Shown in pieces: positions 54,740-64,000 of a DNA stretch of 64,000 nt. Source of the stretch: Candidatus Eiseniibacteriota bacterium (GTDB lineage: Bacteria > Desulfobacterota > Binatia > DP-6); the NCBI GenBank assembly GCA_035577985.1, contig DATJZY010000029.1, forward strand, positions 23,954-87,953, given 5' to 3'. The notes beneath the pieces are model-generated. The model saw nothing but the letters and a program-made list of their open reading frames with translations, was not told the origin of the DNA and did not search any database. Both the position numbers and the translations under genes were made by a program. Within the stretch, counting starts at the first letter, position 1; each line of letters opens with the position of its first letter.

Positions 54740-55779
54740 TGTCGCTGCTCTGAACGTTGTTCACCCGGGACCTCCTGGGGCAAAGGGTTTGTACCCCTAC
54801 AAATCCAACGCCACAGGAGGGAGCCCGAGTGCGAGTGCATCGTAACGCAAAGACGACCCCGAGGGGCAGAGTCCTGCTGGTCGAGCGCGTAATGGCGGGC
54901 GGCTGGACGATGAAGCAAGCCGCGACGGCGTGCGGCATCAGCGTGCGAACCGGGTACAAATGGCTGGCGCGGTTTCGGGCGGAGGGAGCGGCGGGGCTGG
55001 GGGATCGCCCTTCGGTCCCGCATCGGTGTCCGCACCGCACCCGGGCCCGGCTCGAGCAGTGGATCGTGGGCTTGCGAGCGCGGCGGCTGAGCAGTCCGGT
55101 GATCGCGTATCGGACCGGGATTCCGCGGGCGACGGTCGGCAACGTGCTGCGCCGCCATGGGCTCGGGCGCTTGCCGCCGCGGGAGCCGCCGGGGCCGGTG
55201 CGCCGCTACGAGCGCGCGCGGCCGGGCGAGCTCGTGCACATCGATACGAAAGCCTTGGGCCGTATCGCCGGCGTCGGCCACCGCATTCACGGCGATCGCC
55301 GCACGCGGGTGCGCGGCATCGGGTGGGAGCACGTCCACGTGTGCATCGACGACGCGAGCCGGCTCGCCTACGTCGAGACACGCGCGACGAACCAGCAGCA
55401 CGATGCGATCGGCTTCCTTGAGCGCGCGCTTGCGTGGTTTGCGGCGCGCGGGGTACGCGTCGAGTCCGTGATGAGCGACAACGGGTCGGCGTATCAGGCG
55501 CGCGCGTTTACGGCGGCGTGTGTCCGGCTCGGCCTCCGCCATCTGCGCACGCGGCCCTACACGCCACGCACCAACGGCAAAGCCGAGCGCTTCATCCAGA
55601 CGCTGCTCCGGGAATGGGCCTACGCGCGCGCTTACGCGACCTCTGCCCGGCGCCGGCGCGCGCTCCAGCCGTGGCTGCGCTACTACAACCACCGCCGCCC
55701 GCACACCGCCCTTCGCGGACGGGCGCCGATCACCCGGCTCCAGGAGGTCGCGGCATGAACAACCTCCTGAGCAGCGACA
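54740..55779 (+). mobile_element. IS481-family insertion sequence (1,040 bp), with ~40-bp imperfect terminal inverted repeats and a 6-bp target-site duplication.
   Basis: Left inverted repeat TGTCGCTGCTCTGAACGTTGTTCACCCGGGACCTCCTGG (54740-). The reverse complement of the right end is TGTCGCTGCTCAGGAGGTTGTTCATGCCGCGACCTCCTGG (-55779). A single DDE transposase ORF lies inside. The size matches IS481 (~1.04 kb). It is flanked by the direct repeat GCTAGA, which matches the NCTAGN target preference I recall for IS481. Confidence 0.8.
54829..55758 (+). CDS. IS481-family DDE transposase (integrase catalytic core).
   Basis: Likely GTG start at 54829, preceded by AGGAGGG (the track ORF begins at 54757, inside the inverted repeat). 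The N-terminal helix-turn-helix region is VRVHRNAKTTPRGRVLLVERVMAGGWTMKQAATACGISVRTGYKWLARFRAEG. The rve-like core is ELVHIDTK..., ...HVCIDDASR..., ...SDNGSAYQARAFTAACVRLGLRHLRTRPYTPRTNGKAERF. Confidence 0.8.
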   Translation: MRVHRNAKTTPRGRVLLVERVMAGGWTMKQAATACGISVRTGYKWLARFRAEGAAGLGDRPSVPHRCPHRTRARLEQWIVGLRARRLSSPVIAYRTGIPRATVGNVLRRHGLGRLPPREPPGPVRRYERARPGELVHIDTKALGRIAGVGHRIHGDRRTRVRGIGWEHVHVCIDDASRLAYVETRATNQQHDAIGFLERALAWFAARGVRVESVMSDNGSAYQARAFTAACVRLGLRHLRTRPYTPRTNGKAERFIQTLLREWAYARAYATSARRRRALQPWLRYYNHRRPHTALRGRAPITRLQEVAA

Positions 55780-55785
55780 GCTAGA
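55780..55785. repeat. Right copy of the 6-bp target-site duplication GCTAGA. It contains the TAG stop codon of the P450 gene (CTA on the + strand, 55781-55783).
   Basis: See the left copy at 54734-54739. Confidence 0.7.
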
Positions 55786-56992
55786 GGCGAACCGGCAGAC
55801 GCTCGAGGCCGCGGAGGATCACGGTGCGGTGCCACACCGGCTCGCCGTCCAGCGCCAGGTCCGGGAACCGTGCCAGCAGCGCGGGAATGGCCGCGCGCGT
55901 CTCCATGCGGGCGAGCTGCGTGCCGGGGCAGTAGTGCGTCCCGAGCCCGAAGCCGAGGTGCGGGTTCGGCGAGCGCCCGACGTCGAGGCGATCCGGCTCG
56001 TCGAAGGCCGCCGGATCGCGATTGGCCGAGCCGATGCCGAGCAGCACGGTGTCTCCCGGCGCCAGCGCCCGGCCGCGCAGCTCGCACGGCTGCGCCACCA
56101 CACGTGAGAGGAGCTGCGGCGGCGTTTCGTAGCGCACGAGCTCCTCGACCGCGGTCGTTGCGAGCGACGGTTCGGCGCGGAGCCGCTCGAGCTCGCCGGG
56201 ATTGCGCAGCAGCGCGAGGAGCCCACCCGCGATCAGGTTGACGGTGGTCTCGTGGCCGCCGAACACGAGCGCCGTGCACATGGCGACCACCTCGACCTGC
56301 GAGAGCCGGTCGCCGTGGTGCTCGGCGCGGACGAGGCGTCGCACGAGGTCGTCGCCCTCCGTGTCGGCGCGCTCGACGAGGAGGCCCATGACGTACGCGC
56401 CGATCTCGCGCAACCCGGCCGACACGTCCTCCGATCCGTACATCCGGTCCATGCCCCGCGCGATCGTGCGCGACAGCTCCTGGAACCGCGCGCGTTCGCC
56501 CTCGGGGATGTCGAACAGCTCGGCGATGACGCGGATCGGCAGCGCGTAGGCGAAGTCACCGACGAGATCGGCGTGCGCGCGACCGACGAGACCTTCCACC
56601 AGCTCGGCGACCATGTCGTCGATGCGCGGGCCGATCGCGCGGACGCGCGGCACGAGCGCCGCGCTCAACATCGCGCGGACCGCGGTGCACTCGGGCGGGT
56701 CGGACGAGACCGTTCGGACCCTTCCCTGCTCCGACGACGACAGTCCTCGGTTGGGACGCGACGCCCGCCGCCGATCGGCCGAGAAACGCGCGTCGTCGCG
56801 GAAGGCCGCCGCCACGTCGTCGTAGCGGAAGAGCACCCAGGCGCGGAGCTTCTCGCTCCAGTGCACGGGATCCTCCGCCCGGAGCGCCGCGTACTGCGGG
56901 TAGGGGTCGGCGAGGGCGGCGTCGGTGAAGGGATCGAAGCGCACCGGCCCCCTTGTTGCTCGCGATCCGGGGCAGCCGCAAGGCGACGCCAT
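55781..56992 (-). CDS. Cytochrome P450 monooxygenase.
   Basis: Heme-binding loop HLGFGLGTHYCPG, I-helix ALVFGGHETTVNLI, ExxR (VEELVRYETPP), and the typical C-terminal ...RGLERLPVRL. The true start may lie downstream of the first ATG. Confidence 0.85.
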   Translation of the reverse strand: MASPCGCPGSRATRGPVRFDPFTDAALADPYPQYAALRAEDPVHWSEKLRAWVLFRYDDVAAAFRDDARFSADRRRASRPNRGLSSSEQGRVRTVSSDPPECTAVRAMLSAALVPRVRAIGPRIDDMVAELVEGLVGRAHADLVGDFAYALPIRVIAELFDIPEGERARFQELSRTIARGMDRMYGSEDVSAGLREIGAYVMGLLVERADTEGDDLVRRLVRAEHHGDRLSQVEVVAMCTALVFGGHETTVNLIAGGLLALLRNPGELERLRAEPSLATTAVEELVRYETPPQLLSRVVAQPCELRGRALAPGDTVLLGIGSANRDPAAFDEPDRLDVGRSPNPHLGFGLGTHYCPGTQLARMETRAAIPALLARFPDLALDGEPVWHRTVILRGLERLPVRL

Positions 56993-57001
56993 ACCTGCTG
57001 G

Positions 57002-57475
57002 TCATCGTTGGTCGTCGCTCAAGACCTCGTGGGCCCGGTCGATCTCCTCCTGCACGCCATCGGTGACGATGACGACGGTACGGCCCGCACGGAGCGCGGC
57101 GAGGTACCCCGCGAGCTCGTCCCGGGGCACACCGGCGCTCAGCTCCCGCTCGAGCTGCTCACCGACTGGCCCGACGCCCACGACACCGGCGAGCGCTGCT
57201 GCGAGCAAGCCGGCGACGACCACCGGCCCGACGCCCGGCAGGACGAGGCTCGCCGTGGCGAGTCCGACGGCGCCACCGACGACGCCCGCGACGGCAGCGC
57301 CCGTCCCGGGCGCCTCGCCATCGTCGACGGGGACGAGTCGCTCGGCCTCCCGCGCGGACGTTCCCGGGCTGAGCACGCTGATGCACGCGAGGGAGACACC
57401 CTTCGCGAGCAGTCGTCTCACCGCGAGGCCGGCGGCCGCCGAGGAGTCGAAGATCGCGCCGATGGCGTACATCAC
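57002..57475 (-). CDS. Small membrane protein with a Gly-zipper transmembrane region. It may be YflT/general-stress-protein-like; this is tentative.
   Basis: N-terminus MMYAIGAIFDSSAAAGLAVRRLLAKG, a central Gly/Ala/Val-rich hydrophobic segment, and a C-terminal ...LRAGRTVVIVTDGVQEEIDRAHEVL. Its start overlaps the sod stop (57472-57475). Confidence 0.5.
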   Translation of the reverse strand: MMYAIGAIFDSSAAAGLAVRRLLAKGVSLACISVLSPGTSAREAERLVPVDDGEAPGTGAAVAGVVGGAVGLATASLVLPGVGPVVVAGLLAAALAGVVGVGPVGEQLERELSAGVPRDELAGYLAALRAGRTVVIVTDGVQEEIDRAHEVLSDDQR

Positions 57476-58068
57476 CGGACCTTCCGACGCTCGAAGTTGG
57501 CTTCGGCGAATTCCCAGTTGACGAGGTGGTCGAGGAACGCGCTCACGTACCGCTCACGCTCGTTCTGGTAGTCCACGTAGTAGGCATGCTCCCACACGTC
57601 GATCGTGAGCAGCGGCGTCGCGTTCGTCTGCAGCGGATCCTCGGCGTCGTGCGTGCTCGCGACCCGAAGCTCGTGGTCCGCACCGACGACGAGCCACGCC
57701 CAGCCGGAGCCGAACTCGCCGCTCGCCGCTTCGGCGAACCGCTGCTTGAAGTCGGCGAACCCGCCCAGGTCGCGCTCGATGGCGGCGAGCAGGTCGCCGG
57801 ACGGCTTGCCTCCGCCACCCGGAGTCATGCTCTCCCAGTAGAAGCCGTGGTTCCAGACCTGTGCGGCGAAGTTGAACACCGGACCGTCGCTGGTGCGAAT
57901 GATCTCGGTGAGGTTTTCCTCGGCCCTGGGCGTATTGCCGATGGCCTTCTGCAGCTTCGTCAAATAGCCCCGGTGGTGTTTCTCGTAGTGAAGCTCCAGG
58001 GTACGGGCGCTCAGATAAGGCTCCAGCGCCGTCTTGGCGTAGGGCAGCGGGGGAAGGTCGAACTTCAT
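57472..58068 (-). CDS. sod: Fe/Mn-family superoxide dismutase.
   Basis: Sequence: MKFDLPPLPYAKTALEPYLSARTLELHYEKHHRGY (metal-ligand His), ...FNFAAQVWNHGFYWESM..., ...GSGWAWLV..., ...DVWEHAYYVDYQN (D-x-W-E-H-A-Y-Y hallmark). Confidence 0.9.
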   Translation of the reverse strand: MKFDLPPLPYAKTALEPYLSARTLELHYEKHHRGYLTKLQKAIGNTPRAEENLTEIIRTSDGPVFNFAAQVWNHGFYWESMTPGGGGKPSGDLLAAIERDLGGFADFKQRFAEAASGEFGSGWAWLVVGADHELRVASTHDAEDPLQTNATPLLTIDVWEHAYYVDYQNERERYVSAFLDHLVNWEFAEANFERRKVR

Positions 58069-58089
58069 TGACGAGGGCTCCTCTTCGGC

Positions 58090-58269
58090 TCAGCGTCCGC
58101 GACGTTTGAAGAACTGGACGGCGCGCTCGTGGCGTTGGGCCGCGGCCCGGCTCGCGAACGTCCCGAGGTTCCGGCGCTTGCGGGTCTTCGGATCCTTCTT
58201 CGCCGAATACAGGCGATAGCGGCCGTCCTTCAGCCTGCGGATCATGATCGCCGTTGCTGCATCGGACAT
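58090..58269 (-). CDS. Small basic 59-aa hypothetical protein. It falls below the ORF-track length cutoff.
   Basis: Manual translation gives MSDAATAIMIRRLKDGRYRLYSAKKDPKTRKRRNLGTFASRAAAQRHERAVQFFKRRGR*. It lies directly upstream of sod on the same strand with no competing ORF. The composition is protein-like rather than GC-driven junk. Confidence 0.35.
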   Translation of the reverse strand: MSDAATAIMIRRLKDGRYRLYSAKKDPKTRKRRNLGTFASRAAAQRHERAVQFFKRRGR

Positions 58270-58379
58270 GCCAAAAGGGGACGGCCGGGCGCGTGGGGAC
58301 GACGGCTCCCCGATGGACGCAACATGTTCAGGATCGCCCCGCGTTTGTAGAAGGTGCAGCCGCCGGGTAACAGAGCGCC

Positions 58380-59993
58380 ATGCCCGAGCAGCCCGTCGAC
58401 GTGCTCATCATCGGCGCCGGCGCGTCCGGTGCGGCCGTCGCGTGGTCGCTCGCCGAGACGCGGATGCGGATCGTCTGCCTCGAGCAGGGCGACTGGATCA
58501 AATCCGACGACTACCCGGGCAACCGCGACGACTGGGAGCTGGCGCAGATCAGCGACTGGAGCCCCAGCCCGAACGTGCGCGGCCGGCGCGAGGACTATCC
58601 CGTCAACGACAGCGGCTCGCCGATCGCCGCGTCGATGTTCAACGCGGTCGGCGGCAGCACGATCCTCTACGCCGCGCACTTCCCGCGCTTCCATCCGTCG
58701 GACTTCCGTGCCGGGACGCTCGACGGTGTCGCCGACGACTGGCCGCTCGACTACGCGCGCCTCACGCCCTGGTACAACCTCAACTCGCGCATGATGGGCG
58801 TCTCGGGGCTCGCCGGCGATCCCGCCTACCCCGCCGATCCGCCCAAGGAGTTCCCGCTGCCGCCGATCCCGCTCGGGAAGCTCGGCGACACGCTGGCGCG
58901 AGGTTTCAACAAGCTCGGCTGGCACTGGTGGCCGTCGGACAGCGCCATCGCGAGCCAGGACTACGAGGGCCGCGCGGGCTGCGTCAACGCGGGCACGTGC
59001 CTGCTCGGTTGCCCGCACGGCGCGAAGGGCAGCACCGACGTCACGTACTGGCCGATCGCCATCCGGCGTGGGGTCGAGCTGCGCACGCGCTGCCGCGTGC
59101 GCGAGATCACCGTCGGGCCCGACGGGCTCGTCGACGGCGTCGTCTACTACGATGGCGACGGGGTCGAGCGTCGGCTGGCGGCGCACGTCGTCATCGTCGC
59201 CTGCAACGGGATCGGGACGCCGCGCCTCCTCCTCAACTCGCGCTCTCGCCGCTTCCCGGACGGGCTCGCGAACCGCAGCGGCCTCGTCGGGAAGAACCTG
59301 ATGTTCCATCCGTACGCGATCATCACCGGCGTCTTCGACCACCCGCTCGAGGGCTACAAGGGCCCGCCCGGGTGCTCGCTCATGAGCCACGAGTTCTACG
59401 AGACCAGCGCGTCGCGCGACTTCGTGCGCGGCTACTCGTTCGAGATGCTGCGCGGCTTCGGTCCGGTCACGACCGCCCTCTACGGCCTCGGCGGCGGCCG
59501 CGTCCTCCCTGGGCCGGGGCATCACGAGGCCTTCTCGCAGCTCGTCGATCGCACCGCGGGCATCGCCGCGATCTGCGAGGACCTGCCGGAGCCCGAGAAC
59601 CGCGTGACGCTCGACCCGGAGCTGAAGGACGCGAACGGGATCCCGGCGCCGAAGATCAGCTACCGCCTGAGCGAGAACAGCCAGCGCATGCTCGACCATG
59701 CCGTCGCGCGCGGCAAGGAGCTGATGGCCGCCGCGGGCGCGTACGACACGATGATCCAGGCGCCCCTCATGCTGGCCGGCTGGCACTTGATGGGTACGGC
59801 GCGCATGGGCACCGATCCCGAGACGTCGGTCGTGAACGAGTGGGGCCGCTGCCACGACGTGAAGAACCTCTTCATCGTCGACGGGAGCATCTTCGTGACC
59901 GCGGCGGCGGTGAACCCGACCAACACGATCCAGGCCCTGGCGCTCCACATCGCCGACTCGATCAAGCAGAACCTCGGGAACCTCTTCGACTGA
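58380..59993 (+). CDS. GMC-family FAD-dependent oxidoreductase (gluconate 2-dehydrogenase flavoprotein-subunit-like).
   Basis: FAD-binding N-terminus DVLIIGAGASGAAVAWSLAE. GMC C-terminal region ...HLMGTARMGTDPETSVVNEWGRCHDVKNLFIVDGSIFVTAAAVNPTNTIQALA. Confidence 0.8.
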   Translation: MPEQPVDVLIIGAGASGAAVAWSLAETRMRIVCLEQGDWIKSDDYPGNRDDWELAQISDWSPSPNVRGRREDYPVNDSGSPIAASMFNAVGGSTILYAAHFPRFHPSDFRAGTLDGVADDWPLDYARLTPWYNLNSRMMGVSGLAGDPAYPADPPKEFPLPPIPLGKLGDTLARGFNKLGWHWWPSDSAIASQDYEGRAGCVNAGTCLLGCPHGAKGSTDVTYWPIAIRRGVELRTRCRVREITVGPDGLVDGVVYYDGDGVERRLAAHVVIVACNGIGTPRLLLNSRSRRFPDGLANRSGLVGKNLMFHPYAIITGVFDHPLEGYKGPPGCSLMSHEFYETSASRDFVRGYSFEMLRGFGPVTTALYGLGGGRVLPGPGHHEAFSQLVDRTAGIAAICEDLPEPENRVTLDPELKDANGIPAPKISYRLSENSQRMLDHAVARGKELMAAAGAYDTMIQAPLMLAGWHLMGTARMGTDPETSVVNEWGRCHDVKNLFIVDGSIFVTAAAVNPTNTIQALALHIADSIKQNLGNLFD

Positions 59994-60448
59994 TGGACAT
60001 GAACGACGATCAGCGGCGCGCGCTGGCGCCGGTGCTGGACGGGTTCATCCCGCGGAGCGCGGACGGCGTTCTGCCGGGCGCCGGGGAGCTGGACCTCGGG
60101 GGCGACCTCGACGTCGTGCTCCAGCGCGTGCCGGTGATGCACGCGGCCGTCGTCGCATCGCTGGCCGCGCTCGACCGGCTCGCGCAGAAACACGGGGCGG
60201 CGCGCTTCACGGCGCTGTCATCCGAACAGCAGACCCGAGTGCTGGGCGAGCTGTCGTGCTCCGAGCACGCGTTCCCGCCGATGCTGATGATCTACGCCTT
60301 CGGGTGCTACTACAAACATCCGAAGGTTCTCGCGCACTACGGGCTCGAGGCCAGGCCGCCGCACCCCGAGGGGTACCAGATCGAGCCGATCGACCTGACG
60401 TTGCTGGAACCAGTGCGAAAACGCGGGGCGATCTACCGGAAGTGTTGA
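59993..60448 (+). CDS. Gluconate 2-dehydrogenase subunit-3-like small subunit, partner of the GMC oxidoreductase.
   Basis: TGATG overlap with the GMC stop. About 150 aa (MDMNDDQRRALAPVLDGFIPRS...), matching the small-subunit family usually found next to these flavoprotein genes. Confidence 0.6.
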   Translation: MDMNDDQRRALAPVLDGFIPRSADGVLPGAGELDLGGDLDVVLQRVPVMHAAVVASLAALDRLAQKHGAARFTALSSEQQTRVLGELSCSEHAFPPMLMIYAFGCYYKHPKVLAHYGLEARPPHPEGYQIEPIDLTLLEPVRKRGAIYRKC

Positions 60449-60561
60449 TGCCCGAGCAGGTTGCACATGCGTCATTGCCACGCTGTACCTAGACAGCCGG
60501 CATGCGCGAGTGGTAGCGCGGAAGCAGGGTGGCCACGGGAGAAGGCAGAGAGGCCGAGGCA

Positions 60562-62661
<2,100 letters not shown>

Positions 62662-62680
62662 GCGCGAGCGGTTCAGGCGC

Positions 62681-64000
62681 TCACTGGATCCACGTCGCCG
62701 CCATCGGCAACAGGATCGCGCCCGGTCCGGGCAGGCCGGCCACCGTGTCGACCAACGGCGAGCCTGCCGACGCCTCGCAGAAGGTTCCGGCGAGCGTCAC
62801 GTTCCCGGTCTTGGGGAACGTGGGATCGGGGAACGCCGGCGTCGGGGGCTCGGCGCTGCCCGCGCGAACGATCGGGTCCGGGGAGCACGGGATCGACGTG
62901 TTGCCGGTGCAGCAGTTCTGGCTGACGCCGCCCTTCACGTCGACGCACGCTCCCGTCGGGGTGGTATTGACGCACGCGGCCCCGGTGCAGGCGGTCCCGC
63001 ACGTCCCGCAGCCGGCAGGCAGGCTCTGCGTCTGCCCGGGGCATGGCGGCGAGCCCGAGAGCGTCGAGGTCGCGGTCGTGAGCGGCAACCCGATTGGAAT
63101 CCGGCCGGCGGGCGTTCCCGAGGGAGGACAATCGGCCGACAGCGTGTAGGTCTTGTTCCCCGCTGCGTTCGCGACGATCACCACGCCGGTGGTGGTGCAT
63201 GCCCGGCCCGGCCTTGCACCGGAGTCGCAGGTCCCGGCCTGCCCGACGTCGTTGCCCGAGCAGCGCGGACACACCTGGGTGGAGGTGCTGAGGAAGACGC
63301 CCGACGACAGGTTCACGGAGCCGCCCATGACGCCGGTGGACATGTCGGCCGTGAAGCCCGAGATCTTGCTCGCCGCGAAGCTGTTCATGACGCACACCGG
63401 AACGTTCCCGGCGAGAAGCGGCAGCGGGGGACCGAACGTGGCCCCGTTGACCGCGTTCGTCTGCGCCTCGTCTTCTCCACACTGCGGGTTCGAGGTCGCG
63501 GTACAGCCCGTGAGGCACACCCGGAGCTCCGAGTTCGAGACGACGGGGAAGTTCTGGCTGGTTCCGCTCCACCCGTTGTCGAGATCGGTGCCGGCCGACG
63601 CCGCCAGGAGCTGGAGCTCACGCGGTCCCCCCGCGGGGTTCGCCGGGCACGCTCCACCGCCGGCGTTCGGGACGCAGCGGATCTTGATGACGTCCTTGTC
63701 CTTCTTCGGCTTCACGCTGTTGACCGCCGTGGAGGTGAGCGTGATCTTCGTCGATGGCTTCAGCTTGCCCTTGTTCGTCACCTTCAGGGGAAGGCGGATG
63801 ATGCTCTCCGCCGAGCAGGTGGGCGTGGTGACCGGCGTCAGCGGCGGCACCGGCGGCGTCACGGGGATCTTCACGGATCCCAGCTTGACGACCTTCGGCT
63901 TCGCCTTGACCGTCACCTTGTCGATGGACGTGGCCGTGCACCCGGCGACGTTCGTCTGCGCCACGCAGACGGCGACGCCCAGGACGCAGACGCCGTTCTG
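62681..64000 (-). CDS. Secreted Cys/Thr/Gly-rich hypothetical protein. It is partial: the 5' end runs beyond the window end.
   Basis: The frame stays open upstream of the track's Met at 63964 (...NGVCVLGVAVCVAQTNVAGC, which looks like a signal-peptide cleavage region), so the true start is past 64000. The body is rich in C/T/G/S with scattered CxxC pairs. Confidence 0.5.
   Translation of the reverse strand, partial: QNGVCVLGVAVCVAQTNVAGCTATSIDKVTVKAKPKVVKLGSVKIPVTPPVPPLTPVTTPTCSAESIIRLPLKVTNKGKLKPSTKITLTSTAVNSVKPKKDKDVIKIRCVPNAGGGACPANPAGGPRELQLLAASAGTDLDNGWSGTSQNFPVVSNSELRVCLTGCTATSNPQCGEDEAQTNAVNGATFGPPLPLLAGNVPVCVMNSFAASKISGFTADMSTGVMGGSVNLSSGVFLSTSTQVCPRCSGNDVGQAGTCDSGARPGRACTTTGVVIVANAAGNKTYTLSADCPPSGTPAGRIPIGLPLTTATSTLSGSPPCPGQTQSLPAGCGTCGTACTGAACVNTTPTGACVDVKGGVSQNCCTGNTSIPCSPDPIVRAGSAEPPTPAFPDPTFPKTGNVTLAGTFCEASAGSPLVDTVAGLPGPGAILLPMAATWIQ

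Overview
This 64 kb window is very GC-rich (about 70% by eye), gene-dense, and most likely chromosomal DNA from a Myxococcota-type deltaproteobacterium. I base that guess on codon bias, the Myxococcales-type Cys-rich repeats, a carotenoid cluster and an IS481-family element. I saw no rRNA, tRNA or CRISPR by eye. Reading left to right, the contents are:

1. 1..3892 (-): the 5' 3.9 kb of a cyclic beta-1,2-glucan synthase-like (NdvB/ChvB-family) gene. It runs off the window start, so it is absent from the supplied ORF track.
2. 4099..5924: three weakly supported small ORFs and one membrane CdsA/dolichol-kinase-like protein.
3. 6162..18440: a six-gene, translationally coupled operon encoding circularly permuted ATP-grasp, alpha-E and transglutaminase-like proteins. 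The arrangement looks internally duplicated: split ATP-grasp + alpha-E genes and a fused ATP-grasp–alpha-E gene; two ~1,050-aa transglutaminase-like proteins, one lacking the catalytic Cys; and one small transglutaminase. This is a bioinformatically predicted but experimentally uncharacterised peptide-ligase/protein-modification system.
4. 18448..23070 (-): a secreted lipase-like alpha/beta-hydrolase gene and a secreted Cys-rich protein gene, followed at 23107..29052 by a neutral-lipid module (WS/DGAT acyltransferase, alpha/beta hydrolase, acetyl-CoA hydrolase/transferase, ABC exporter pair).
5. 29095..41645: a carotenoid cluster (crtI, crtB, a FA-hydroxylase/CrtZ-like gene, crtE, a lycopene-cyclase-domain::FAD-oxidoreductase fusion, an SDR/DUF2867 protein, a conserved hypothetical, an Lnt-like CN-hydrolase acyltransferase, a secreted hypothetical and an FMN reductase).
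6. 41626..54708: three giant paralogous secreted proteins (1,280, ~1,500 and 1,404 aa). They share a signal peptide, two LamG/ConA-like domains, 12–18 tandem ~42-aa Cys-rich repeats and a conserved ~165-aa C-terminal module. One also carries a metallophosphoesterase domain.
7. 54740..55779: an IS481-family insertion with a 6-bp GCTAGA target duplication lying on the stop codon of a cytochrome P450 gene.
8. 55781..58269 (-): a likely stress operon (small basic protein, Fe/Mn-SOD, YflT-like membrane protein, P450).
9. 58380..64000: a GMC oxidoreductase with its small subunit, a hybrid sensor histidine kinase/response regulator, and a partial secreted Cys-rich protein at the window end.

Many of the long ORFs in the supplied track are GC-driven antisense or out-of-frame artefacts and are rejected below.
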